DNA of 64,000 nt from an uncultured Patescibacteria group bacterium (GTDB taxonomy: Bacteria; Patescibacteriota; Patescibacteriia; UBA2591; CALHIP01): NCBI GenBank assembly GCA_938030745.1, contig CALHIP010000007.1, positions 13,180-77,179 of the forward strand, given 5' to 3'. The notes under the pieces were generated by a model. It was not told the origin of the DNA, ran no database searches, and was given only the letters and a program-made list of their open reading frames with translations. The translations under genes were made by a program, and so were the position numbers. Every line of letters starts with the position of its first letter. Positions within the stretch are counted from its first letter, which is position 1. Of the stretch, positions 1 to 8,569 are shown in pieces.

Positions 1-138
1 CAATAAATTTCTCTTCCGTTGCTTTAACAGTCATAATATTTTTTTATCCAACCAGTCTGTGACCTTTCTCAAATCCTTGCGGATTTCAAGATTTTTTCAG
101 ACCGGAATTTAAAATATTATTTAATAATTTAAATTTTG

Positions 139-456
139 TCAAGACTTATTTTCAGTTTGAGGAGTTTTTTCTTCAGTTGAATTTTCTTTTTTCTTTTTAA
201 TTTTTATTTTAATCTTTTTTCCAGTGATAATTTTTTCTTTAACTAATAAATTATAAACAGTTGGAGTAGTTTGAGCTCCTTTTTCTAACCAATATTTTAT
301 TCTTTCTGTTTTCAATCCAATTTCTTTAGTTCTTGGATTATAAAACCCAACATCTTCTTTAAAATCACCCCAAGGATCTTTTCTTTTATCAACAACAATT
401 AGACGATAACTTGGTTGTTTTTTCTTACCACGCCGAGTGAGCTTAATTGTCAGCAT
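139..456 (-). CDS. rpsP: 30S ribosomal protein S16 (bS16); the start was moved to the internal Met (MLTIKLTRRG...).
   Basis: The N-terminus MLTIKLTRRGKKKQPSYRLIVVDKRKDPWGDFKEDVGFYNP is a typical S16 signature. The upstream ATG in the ORF track would add 10 non-conserved residues. Confidence 0.85.
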   Translation of the reverse strand: MLTIKLTRRGKKKQPSYRLIVVDKRKDPWGDFKEDVGFYNPRTKEIGLKTERIKYWLEKGAQTTPTVYNLLVKEKIITGKKIKIKIKKKKENSTEEKTPQTENKS

Positions 457-493
457 AATTGATAAAATTAAAGGAAAATATACCATTTATTTT

Positions 494-1684
494 TTAAATG
501 TCAAGCTTGATAAATCTTCTTGGTCCGACTTTAACAATCATTCCTTTTTTTATTTTTATCTCTTTCCGCCAATTCTTTTCAACTTTTCCATCAATTTTTA
601 CTGCACCCTGCTTAATTAATCTTCTCGCTTCTGATTTAGATGGAGCTAAGTTTATTTTGACTAAAAGATCTACCAATTGATAATTAGTAATTGGCAATTT
701 AAATGTTGGAATTTTGCTTGGTAATTTTTTCTTTTGGAAAACTCTGTTGAATTCTTTTTCTGCTTCTTTGGCTTTTTCCTGACCATGATAAATTTTAACG
801 ATCTCAAAAGCTAGTTTTGCTTTAAAATCTCGCGGATTAGCACCCCTTTTCATTTCTTCTTCTATCTGATGAATTTCTGAAAGAGGAACATCAGTTGCTA
901 AGATAAAATATTTAATAATCAAATTATCAGGAAGAGACATTATTTTACCAAACATATCATTTGGTTCAAAATCAATGCCAATATAATTGTGATAACTTTT
1001 GCTCATTTTTCTTTTTCCATCTAGACCTTCGAGAAGAAACATTGTCATTATATCCTGTGGTTTCTGACCAAATTTTTCTTGTAATTCTCTTCCCATTAAC
1101 ATATTCAATAATTGATCTTGACCACCAATTTCAAGATCTGATTTTAAAACAACTGAGTCATATCCTTGAAGAAGAGGATAAAAAATTTCGCTTAATCTTA
1201 AAGGTAAATTTTTTTTAAAACGAGCTTTAAAATCTTCTCTTTCTAAAATCCGATTGACAGTGACCATTGAAAGAAGGGAAAAAAAATCAGCAGGTTTCAT
1301 CTTGTTATACCATTCTGAGTTATAACGAATTTCAATTTTATCTAAATCAAGAATTTTTGCTACTTGTTTTTTATAAGTGGCCATATTTTTTTTAATCTCC
1401 TCATTACTTAATTGACGACGAATAGAAATTGTTCCAGAAGGATCACCAATTCTTGCCGTAAAATCGCCAATTAAAAAAATAACCTGATGACCAAGATCTT
1501 GAAAATTTTTAAGTTTACGAAGAATTACCGCATTACCTAAATGGATTTCTGGTGCAGTTGGATCAATACCAAATTTAATTCTTAATTTTTTTCCTAACTC
1601 CAACTCTTTTTTTAAATGTTGATAATCAATAATTTCTTTTACTCCTCGAGTAAGTAAACTTTTTATTTTCTCTTTATCGATCAT
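494..1684 (-). CDS. tyrS: tyrosyl-tRNA synthetase (class I aminoacyl-tRNA synthetase with a C-terminal S4 domain)
   Basis: It has a HIGH-like motif (PEIHLGN), a KMSKS motif and the GDFTARIGDPSG segment. The C-terminal S4-like RNA-binding region is RRLIKQGAVKIDGKV. Confidence 0.9.
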   Translation of the reverse strand: MIDKEKIKSLLTRGVKEIIDYQHLKKELELGKKLRIKFGIDPTAPEIHLGNAVILRKLKNFQDLGHQVIFLIGDFTARIGDPSGTISIRRQLSNEEIKKNMATYKKQVAKILDLDKIEIRYNSEWYNKMKPADFFSLLSMVTVNRILEREDFKARFKKNLPLRLSEIFYPLLQGYDSVVLKSDLEIGGQDQLLNMLMGRELQEKFGQKPQDIMTMFLLEGLDGKRKMSKSYHNYIGIDFEPNDMFGKIMSLPDNLIIKYFILATDVPLSEIHQIEEEMKRGANPRDFKAKLAFEIVKIYHGQEKAKEAEKEFNRVFQKKKLPSKIPTFKLPITNYQLVDLLVKINLAPSKSEARRLIKQGAVKIDGKVEKNWRKEIKIKKGMIVKVGPRRFIKLDI

Positions 1685-1763
1685 ATTTTAATTATACTAG
1701 AAAAGGAAGTTTTGACAAATTTTATTCTTGAAGAAAATATCAAATTAGGTAAAATAATAAATT

Positions 1764-1928
1764 ATGGTTAAAGTTAAATCATTTACTGGTTATAATGCTA
1801 ATGAATTAGAAAGAAAAATTAATAAATGGCTAGAAGAAAATAAAGAAATTGAGATTATTGAAGTTAGTCAAAGTCAGTCACCTGTTGAAAATGAAATTGT
1901 TATTTTTATCTTTTATAAAGAAAAGTAA
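1764..1928 (+). CDS. small hypothetical protein of 54 aa that is not in the ORF track
   Basis: The reading frame MVKVKSFTGYNANELERKINKWLEENKEIEIIEVSQSQSPVENEIVIFIFYKEK is intact. It sits in the 255-bp gap between tyrS and the ROK kinase. A plausible upstream promoter is TTGAAG-N16-TAAAAT. Confidence 0.3.
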   Translation: MVKVKSFTGYNANELERKINKWLEENKEIEIIEVSQSQSPVENEIVIFIFYKEK

Positions 1929-1939
1929 TTCTAAAAAAT

Positions 1940-2827
1940 ATGATTTTATCATTTGATATCGGAGGAACAAAAATTGCAGTTGGATTAGTAAAGAAGAATC
2001 AGATTTTTAATTTTCAAAAATTAAACTGGCAAGGAAAAATTACCCAACAAAAGTTTCTAAATCAATTAATAGAGATTATTTTAAATTTTAAATCTTCAAT
2101 TTCGAATTTGAAAGCAATTACTATAGCTGTTGCTGGTCAAGTTAATAAAAAAGGTGAAGTTTTCCTAACTCGCAATTTAATCAGAAAAAAAACTAAAATT
2201 TCCCTTAAAAAAATTCTTCAACAAAAATTTCATTTACCAGTCTTTGTTGAAAACGATGCTAATTGTTTTACTTTAGGTGAAGCAGTTTTTGGTCAAGGGA
2301 AAAATAAAGATTTTCTTCTTGGTTTAACAATTGGCTCTGGAATTGGTGGTGGAATAGTGATTGATAAAAAAATCATTAAAGGAAAAGATGGTTTTGCTGG
2401 AGAATTTGGTCATTTGATTTTAGAAGTTGGAGGAAGAAAATGTTCTTGTGGAAAAAGGGGTTGTTTTGAGGCCTATGCTTCTGCTCGAGCTATGGAAGAA
2501 TTTTATTTTGAATTAACCGGTAGAAAAAAAACAACTTTCCAAATTAAAGAAGAATTTTTAAAGAAAAAATCAGATGCAATTTTGGCTGTTAATGAAACAG
2601 CTAGATGGTTAAGTATTGGAATAGCTAATTTAGTTAATATTTTTAATCCAGATCTAATTGTTTTAGGAGGTGGAATGATTAATTTCCCATCTTTTCTTAA
2701 AATTGCTATTAAAAATTTTAAATCTTGGCTTTTGGTTAAAGAGGCAAAAACAAAAATTTTAGTTTCTAATTTAAATGAAAAAGCTACTCTTTTAGGTGCA
2801 AGTCTTTTAACTTATGAAAAAAGATAA
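1940..2827 (+). CDS. ROK-family sugar kinase (glucokinase-like)
   Basis: It has the N-terminal FDIGGTKIAVGLV ATPase motif. The ROK zinc motif is CSCGKRGCFEAYAS. Confidence 0.8.
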   Translation: MILSFDIGGTKIAVGLVKKNQIFNFQKLNWQGKITQQKFLNQLIEIILNFKSSISNLKAITIAVAGQVNKKGEVFLTRNLIRKKTKISLKKILQQKFHLPVFVENDANCFTLGEAVFGQGKNKDFLLGLTIGSGIGGGIVIDKKIIKGKDGFAGEFGHLILEVGGRKCSCGKRGCFEAYASARAMEEFYFELTGRKKTTFQIKEEFLKKKSDAILAVNETARWLSIGIANLVNIFNPDLIVLGGGMINFPSFLKIAIKNFKSWLLVKEAKTKILVSNLNEKATLLGASLLTYEKR

Positions 2828-5633
2828 AACAAAATGGTTAAGAAGAGAAATTTATCGATATCCTAAAAGAAGAAAATTTAAATTTTTAAAGATTCTTTTT
2901 CTTTTGCTTTTTTTTCTTTTTTCATTAAGTATTTCTGCATTTGGAATTATCTATTTCTGGGTAGCTAAAGATTTACCCGATCCAAATAAACTTCTTGAAA
3001 GGGAGGTTAGTCAGTCAACAAAGATTTATGATAGAGAAGGTAAAACAGTTCTTTATGAGATTTTTACCAAAGAAAGAAGAACTTTAGTTGAACTTTCTGA
3101 CATTCCTCAAAATATGATTAGAGCAACAATTGCTGCTGAAGATCGTCATTTTTTTGAACATAAAGGATTTAATTTAAAAAGTATGGCCCGAGCGATGCTG
3201 ATTAATTTTTTAAAAGGAGGCAAAATTCAAGGCGGTTCAACTATTACCCAGCAACTAATTAAAAATGCAATTTTGAAACCAGAAAAAACTTATCTAAGAA
3301 AGATCCGCGAACTCATTCTTGCTTATCAGATTGAGAAAAAATTTTCAAAAGAAGAAATTTTAAAAATGTATTTTAACGAAATTCCTTATGGTTCAAATGC
3401 TTACGGTGTTGAGGCAGCTAGTCAAATTTATTTTGGTAAAAATGTTTCTCAACTTACTTTAGATGAAGCAGCAACTTTAGCAGCCCTACCAAAAGCACCA
3501 ACTTATTATTCTCCATATGGACAAAATAAGGAAAAATTAATCGCTCGGAGAGATTATATTCTCGATCAGATGCTTGAATTAGAATTTATTTCAGAAGAAG
3601 AGTATAAAGAGGCAAAAGATACTGATACTTTAGCTAAAATTAAACCAAAAAAAGAAAGAATGATTGCTCCTCATTTTGTTGAATTTGTTAAATCGCAACT
3701 AATTGAAAAATATGGCCATCGAATGGTTGAACAAGGAGGCCTAAAAGTCATTACTACTTTAGATTTAAAAAAACAAAAAATTGCTGAAGAAGTAATTAAG
3801 AAAAATGAAGAAAATTTAAAAAAATTTAAAGCAAATAATGCAGCCTTAGTTGCTTTAGATGTCAAGACTGGTGAAATCTTGGCAATGGTTGGTTCAAAAG
3901 ATTACTTTGATGAGTCAATTGATGGTCAAGTCAATGTGACTTTATCAGAGCGTCAACCAGGTTCTTCTTTTAAACCGATCGTTTATGCTAAGCTTTTTGA
4001 AAAAGGTTATACTCCAGAGACAATTTTATTTGATGTAATAACTAATTTTGGTCCTGATGGAAGTGGAAAAGATTATATTCCTAAAGATTATGATGAAAAA
4101 GAAAGGGGACCAATTACTATAAGAAAAGCTCTGGCTGGTTCTTTAAATATTCCTGCTGTTAAAGCTCTTTATTTAGCTGGTATTGATCAAGTTTTAGATC
4201 TAGCTGAAAAAATGGGTTATACAACTTTTAAAGATCGATCTCGTTTCGGTTTAGCTATCGTTCTAGGCGGAGCGGAAGTAAAACTTTTAGAACATGTTGC
4301 TGCTTTTTCTATTTTTGCTCGCGAGGGAATAAAAATTCCGATTATTTCTATTTTAAAAGTTGAAGACCCTTCAGGTAAAATCCTAGAAGAAAAACAAGAG
4401 CCAATCCCAGAAAAAGTTTTGGAACCACAAATAGCTAGACAGATTAATGATATTTTATCTGATAATTCAGCTCGAAGTTTTATCTTTGGTGAAAAAAATT
4501 ATTTAACCTTACCAGACAGACCAGTTGCAGCAAAAACTGGAACAACTCAAAATTGGCGAGATGCTTGGACAATTGGTTATACACCTTCTTTAGTAGCTGG
4601 GGTTTGGGTTGGCAATACAAGAGGTGAAGAAATGAAAAAAGGAGCTGATGGTTCAAAAATAGCTGCACCAATTTGGCAAGCTTTCATGAAAGAAGCAACA
4701 AAAAATACGCCAGTTGAAAATTTTACTCCGCCAGAACCAGAAAATGTTGAAAAGCCAATTTTAAGAGGTGAAATTCCTGGTGAAATTACCCTCAAAATTG
4801 ACCGAGCTTCAGGTAAATTAGCTACCAATTTAACACCACCAAGTTATATTATTGAAAAGAAATATAGGACTCGTTATTATACTATTCTTCATTTTGTTGA
4901 TAAAGATAATCCAAGAGGTCCAGCTCCAGAAAAACCTGAAAATGATCCGATGTATTTTCGTTGGCAAAAAGCAATTGAAGATTGGGCAAAAAGACAGGGT
5001 ATTGTTTTTGAACCTATTCCAACTGAATATGATGATTTACACACTTTAGAAAATAGACCAAAAATAAAAATCAATTGGCCAATTGAAGGAATGAGTTTTA
5101 TTCCTGGACAAATTTTAGTTGATGTTTCAGCTGAAGCGCCAAGAGGAATTAGAAAAGTTGAAGGTTTAATCAATGGAATTTCTTTTGATAAAGTTTATAA
5201 TCCACCTTATCAACTTTCTTTAAATACTTCAGGTCTTTTACCAGGAAGTCAGAAAATTATTGTTTCTGCTTGTGATGATATTGATAATTGTCAAACCTCT
5301 TCGGTAAATATTAATTTAATTCAAAGCTCAAATCCAACAATTTTCTGGCTCTCTCCAAAAAACAATGAGAATATTTATCCTGAAAATTTTCCTTATGTTA
5401 TTTCTCTTTCTTTACCTCTTGTTAGGATCAAGGAAATAAAAGTTTATACTCAAAGAATTGGCTATTTAGAAAAACAATTACTTGCTCAGATTAATTTTCC
5501 AACTACTGCTCGAATTAATATTACTTGGCTTGATATTCCTTCAGCTGGTCAATATGAACTTTCATTAGAAGCAATAAGTGAGAATAATCAACCAATTTCT
5601 GCTGAAAAAATAATTGTTAATTTCTATGATTAA
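2814..5633 (+). CDS. class A penicillin-binding protein (bifunctional transglycosylase/transpeptidase, PBP1A-type) with a long C-terminal extension
   Basis: It has an N-terminal transmembrane segment. GT51 motifs are present (EDRHFFEHKGF, GGSTITQQLIKN). The transpeptidase motifs SSFKP and KTGT are present. About 300 aa extend past the transpeptidase domain. Confidence 0.85.
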   Translation: MKKDKTKWLRREIYRYPKRRKFKFLKILFLLLFFLFSLSISAFGIIYFWVAKDLPDPNKLLEREVSQSTKIYDREGKTVLYEIFTKERRTLVELSDIPQNMIRATIAAEDRHFFEHKGFNLKSMARAMLINFLKGGKIQGGSTITQQLIKNAILKPEKTYLRKIRELILAYQIEKKFSKEEILKMYFNEIPYGSNAYGVEAASQIYFGKNVSQLTLDEAATLAALPKAPTYYSPYGQNKEKLIARRDYILDQMLELEFISEEEYKEAKDTDTLAKIKPKKERMIAPHFVEFVKSQLIEKYGHRMVEQGGLKVITTLDLKKQKIAEEVIKKNEENLKKFKANNAALVALDVKTGEILAMVGSKDYFDESIDGQVNVTLSERQPGSSFKPIVYAKLFEKGYTPETILFDVITNFGPDGSGKDYIPKDYDEKERGPITIRKALAGSLNIPAVKALYLAGIDQVLDLAEKMGYTTFKDRSRFGLAIVLGGAEVKLLEHVAAFSIFAREGIKIPIISILKVEDPSGKILEEKQEPIPEKVLEPQIARQINDILSDNSARSFIFGEKNYLTLPDRPVAAKTGTTQNWRDAWTIGYTPSLVAGVWVGNTRGEEMKKGADGSKIAAPIWQAFMKEATKNTPVENFTPPEPENVEKPILRGEIPGEITLKIDRASGKLATNLTPPSYIIEKKYRTRYYTILHFVDKDNPRGPAPEKPENDPMYFRWQKAIEDWAKRQGIVFEPIPTEYDDLHTLENRPKIKINWPIEGMSFIPGQILVDVSAEAPRGIRKVEGLINGISFDKVYNPPYQLSLNTSGLLPGSQKIIVSACDDIDNCQTSSVNINLIQSSNPTIFWLSPKNNENIYPENFPYVISLSLPLVRIKEIKVYTQRIGYLEKQLLAQINFPTTARINITWLDIPSAGQYELSLEAISENNQPISAEKIIVNFYD

Positions 5634-5922
5634 AAAAATTGATTCTTTTTTATGGCAATCAATCGCAAAAGCTGGCCTTGAAAAAGAAATGATTGCTGCT
5701 TTAGTTATTGAAGAATTTAAAAAAATTCTAGTTAAAAAATTTGGCCAAAAAATTTTAAACAAAGTCAAAATTTTATCTTTCAAAAATCAAATTTTAACTA
5801 TTTCAGTTTTAAGTTCAGTTATTGCTCAAGAAATAAAATTGAATCAAGAAAATTTTCTTAAAAAGATTAATAAAAAATTTAATAAAAAATTAGTTGAAAG
5901 GATCCGTTTTTTAGCTAAATAA
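5614..5922 (+). CDS. DUF721 / DciA-like small protein
   Basis: It is about 100 aa. Its pattern (FLWQSIAKAGLEKEMIAALVIEEFKKIL ... ILTISVLSSVIAQEIKLNQENFLKKINKKF) resembles the DUF721 / DciA fold. A perfect DnaA box lies immediately downstream. Confidence 0.45.
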   Translation: MLISMIKKIDSFLWQSIAKAGLEKEMIAALVIEEFKKILVKKFGQKILNKVKILSFKNQILTISVLSSVIAQEIKLNQENFLKKINKKFNKKLVERIRFLAK

Positions 5923-6052
5923 ATCTGTGGATAACTTTTTTGATTTATTTGGTATAATAAAAACGATGAAAAATTATTCCCAAAAATTTAATTTCAGCCC
6001 CTTTTTCGCTAAGGGCCGGTCCGCCTGATGATTTTTAATTTGACTAAGGCGG

Positions 6053-6086
6053 AATCGGCTTCTAAAAAGAAGCCGATTTTTATTTT
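6053..6086 (+). terminator. rho-independent terminator hairpin
   Basis: The hairpin AATCGGCTTC-TAAAAA-GAAGCCGATT is followed by TTTTATTTTT. Confidence 0.6.
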
Positions 6087-6123
6087 TAGGTAAAAAAAAT
6101 AATTAATGAAAAGGAGGAAGAAA

Positions 6124-6294
6124 ATGAAAAAGAAGAAAACAAAACAAGATCCATGGTTTGAGCCATGGGAATCAAAAAAACAAAAAGAAAAAAAACACAA
6201 AAAAGGAGGAAAAAAAGGAAACCAAACAACCAAGAAAAATCAAACTTCACTGAATTTTCAGGAGTTATTCGGATCATTCGGTTTAGGCTGTTAA
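6124..6294 (+). CDS. small, very basic lysine-rich protein of about 56 aa; an alternative start is the upstream ATG at 6106
   Basis: The protein sequence is MKKKKTKQDPWFEPWESKKQKEKKHKKGGKKGNQTTKKNQTSLNFQELFGSFGLGC. A strong SD (AAAGGAGG) sits 6 nt upstream of the 6124 ATG. The gene is bracketed by two intrinsic terminators. Confidence 0.4.
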   Translation: MKKKKTKQDPWFEPWESKKQKEKKHKKGGKKGNQTTKKNQTSLNFQELFGSFGLGC

Positions 6295-6303
6295 CTTAAA
6301 ACC

Positions 6304-6339
6304 AGACGGGAGTAAAATTTACTCCCGTCTTTTTCTTTC
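6304..6339 (+). terminator. rho-independent terminator hairpin
   Basis: The hairpin AGACGGGAGT-AAAATTT-ACTCCCGTCT is followed by TTTTCTTTC. Confidence 0.7.
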
Positions 6340-6346
6340 ATCATTG

Positions 6347-6371
6347 TGTTAACACGTTAATCTGTTAATAC
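6347..6371. repeat. copy A of a 25-nt imperfect direct repeat (TGTTAACACGTTAATCTGTTAATAC); copy B is at 7276..7300
   Basis: Copies A and B are identical at 21 of 25 positions and lie in the same orientation. They flank the SplB-like gene on both sides. Confidence 0.5.
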
Positions 6372-6376
6372 ATTAC

Positions 6377-6400
6377 AAAATGTTCCACGTGGAACATTTT
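6377..6400. promoter_or_regulatory. 24-bp perfect palindrome AAAATGTTCCAC|GTGGAACATTTT
   Basis: It is an exact inverted repeat with a CACGTG core. It lies 32 bp downstream of the SplB-like stop codon. It could be an operator, or a hairpin terminator for the convergent transcripts. Confidence 0.4.
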
Positions 6401-6431
6401 AAAAATTTCGTTTATTTAAGCCAAAATTTGG

Positions 6432-7229
6432 CTAAAAAGTAATTTTAACCGGTATTTTGAAATATTTACCTAAAAATTCAATTTCTTCTTTTAATTGGTT
6501 TTCATACTTTCTTCTATTTTCAAAAAAGATTTTCTTATATTCAGATAAAATTTTTGGAAAATGTAATTTTAAAGCTTTTTCTAAACCTTGCCAATTTTCT
6601 TTTTTTGTATTTAGAGTATCAAACCAAATTCTATCTACTTTATTTTTTAAAATTCCAAAAATTTGCTTTAAATTAGTAAAATAAGGCAAAATAGGTCCAA
6701 TAAAGGCATAAGTTGAAAGACCAGCTTTTTTTAATTTCTTTAAAGCCTCAATTCTTTTTTCAATTGAACTTGCTCCTGGTTCTAAAATCATTTGGCTTCT
6801 TTTATTTAAAGTAGTAATGGTAAAACCAATTTTAATGAAAGAATAAAATTTTTTAAAAATATCTAAATCTTTTAAAACTAAATCAGATTTAGTTAAAATT
6901 GAAACAGGCCATTGATATTTTGCCAAAATTTTTAAACATTCTCGAGTAATCTGATATTGCTTTTCTAAAGGATTATAAGGATCAGTAATAGTGGAAAAGA
7001 AAACCTCTTCTTTTTCCTTTTCTGTAATTTCTTTTTCTAAAACTTCTGGCGCATTTAATTTAATTTCCAAAAAATTGCCCCATTTTTCTTCCCTTCCAAT
7101 TTTTTTAATAAAGTGTTGGTTATAACAATAAACACAACCATGAAGACAACCAATATAAGGATTTAAAGTATAGCCACCAAATTTGGAGCGAGTCAATATC
7201 GATTTTGCTTTAATAAAACGAATTTTCAT
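6432..7229 (-). CDS. SplB-like radical SAM protein (DNA repair photolyase / spore-photoproduct-lyase family, COG1533-like)
   Basis: The N-terminal motif is NPYIGCLHGCVYCY, which fits CxxxCxxC. It is about 265 aa and has no SPASM domain. Confidence 0.7.
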   Translation of the reverse strand: MKIRFIKAKSILTRSKFGGYTLNPYIGCLHGCVYCYNQHFIKKIGREEKWGNFLEIKLNAPEVLEKEITEKEKEEVFFSTITDPYNPLEKQYQITRECLKILAKYQWPVSILTKSDLVLKDLDIFKKFYSFIKIGFTITTLNKRSQMILEPGASSIEKRIEALKKLKKAGLSTYAFIGPILPYFTNLKQIFGILKNKVDRIWFDTLNTKKENWQGLEKALKLHFPKILSEYKKIFFENRRKYENQLKEEIEFLGKYFKIPVKITF

Positions 7230-7275
7230 ATAAATTATTCAATCTTCTATTTATTTTACCAAATTCATTATATTG

Positions 7276-7300
7276 TATTAACACATTAACATGTTAATAC
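7276..7300. repeat. copy B of the 25-nt direct repeat (TATTAACACATTAACATGTTAATAC)
   Basis: See copy A. Copy B lies between the SplB-like start codon and the 3' end of tRNA-Glu. Confidence 0.5.
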
Positions 7301-7325
7301 GATAAAAGAAAGAATTTTTATTAAC

Positions 7326-7396
7326 AGCCCCACCGGGATTCGAACCCGGGTTACCACATTGAAAGCGTGGAGTCCTAGACCACTAGACGATGGGGC
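7326..7396 (-). tRNA. tRNA-Glu (anticodon TTC)
   Basis: The reverse complement folds as a cloverleaf. It has a GCCCCAT acceptor stem, an anticodon loop CTTTCAA and a T-loop GGTTCGAATCC. Confidence 0.85.
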
Positions 7397-7483
7397 CGTT
7401 TAAAAATAATTTTAACTATTTTTTTTCCTTTGTCAAATAAAAATTTTTAAAAAATAGAAATTTTTGATAAAATTGAATCTGAT

Positions 7484-8569
7484 ATGATTATTTTAGGCAT
7501 TGAGACAAGTTGTGACGAAACCGCAGTTGCGATTTTAGAAATTCAAAATTCGAATTTTAAAATTCGAAAGAATGTAGTTTCATCTCAAGTGAAAATCCAC
7601 GCAAAATATGGTGGAATTGTTCCTGAATTAGCTGCCAGAAAACACGCAGAAAATATCATTGGGATTTTAGAAACAGCTTTATCATTTAAACCAGAAATTA
7701 GAGATTGGAAATCAAAAATTGAAAATTATGTAGATGCTATTGCGGTAACAAATGGACCAGGATTAATTACCTCTTTATTAGTTGGAGTTGAAGCAGCTAA
7801 AACATTAGCTTTTTTAGCGAAAAAACCATTGATTCCTGTTAACCATTTAGCTGGACACATTTATGCTAATTTTATTGACCAGTCTCAAATCTTTCAAAAT
7901 TTATTTCCAGCTATTTGTTTAGTTGTTTCTGGCGGACACACAGAACTAATTTTAATGAAAGACTTTGAAAATTTTAAAAAAATTGGCCAGACTTTAGATG
8001 ATGCAGCTGGTGAATGTTTTGATAAAGTAGCAAAAATTTTAGGATTGGGATATCCTGGCGGACCAGCAATTGCTAAGTGCGCTCAACAAAGCAAATTTAA
8101 AAAATTCCAAACAAATTCAAAATTTTCAATTAAATTACCTAGGCCAATGATAGATAGCGGTGATTTTAATTTTAGTTTTTCTGGCTTAAAAACCGCTGTT
8201 TTATATAAAATTCGTGAACTTGGCAATATTAAAACTCAAAAATTTATTTCGGAAATTTGTGCTGAGACCCAGCAGGCAATTATTGATGTTTTAATTGCTA
8301 AAACTATTCATGCTTCACAAAAATTTAATGCAAAATCAATTATTTTAGGTGGCGGAGTTGTAGCTAATGAAGAATTGCGAAAACAGATAAAATTAAAAAT
8401 TAAAAATTTAAAAATTAAACTTTTGATTCCGCCAAAAATTTTATGTACTGATAATGCAGCAATGATTGCTGCTGGTGGATATTTTAAATTAAAAAAAATA
8501 CCAAGATCAAAATGGTTAATCAAATTCGATTGGCAAAAAATAAAGGTTGATCCAAATTTAGAAATTTAA
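7484..8569 (+). CDS. tsaD: tRNA N6-adenosine threonylcarbamoyltransferase TsaD (Kae1/Gcp family)
   Basis: The N-terminus is MIILGIETSCDETAVAIL. The HxxH metal site (HLAGHIY) and the GGVVANEELR motif are present. Confidence 0.9.
   Translation: MIILGIETSCDETAVAILEIQNSNFKIRKNVVSSQVKIHAKYGGIVPELAARKHAENIIGILETALSFKPEIRDWKSKIENYVDAIAVTNGPGLITSLLVGVEAAKTLAFLAKKPLIPVNHLAGHIYANFIDQSQIFQNLFPAICLVVSGGHTELILMKDFENFKKIGQTLDDAAGECFDKVAKILGLGYPGGPAIAKCAQQSKFKKFQTNSKFSIKLPRPMIDSGDFNFSFSGLKTAVLYKIRELGNIKTQKFISEICAETQQAIIDVLIAKTIHASQKFNAKSIILGGGVVANEELRKQIKLKIKNLKIKLLIPPKILCTDNAAMIAAGGYFKLKKIPRSKWLIKFDWQKIKVDPNLEI

Noticed and set aside
3671-5173. Several antisense ORFs inside PBP1A (3671..3865, 4480..4671, 4577..4828, 4889..5173). 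Similar antisense ORFs occur inside rpoC, rpoB, ftsK, valS and dnaA
   Set aside because: They are embedded in, and antisense or out of frame to, strongly supported long genes. They have no independent signals.
5990-6052. Resemblance of GGCCGGTCCGCCTG to the 3' hairpin of the ZTP (pfl) riboswitch
   Set aside because: The 5' ZTP subdomain (GGGTCGTGAC...CCGGG) is absent. The associated gene is not a purine or folate gene. It is therefore reported only as a generic structured-RNA candidate.
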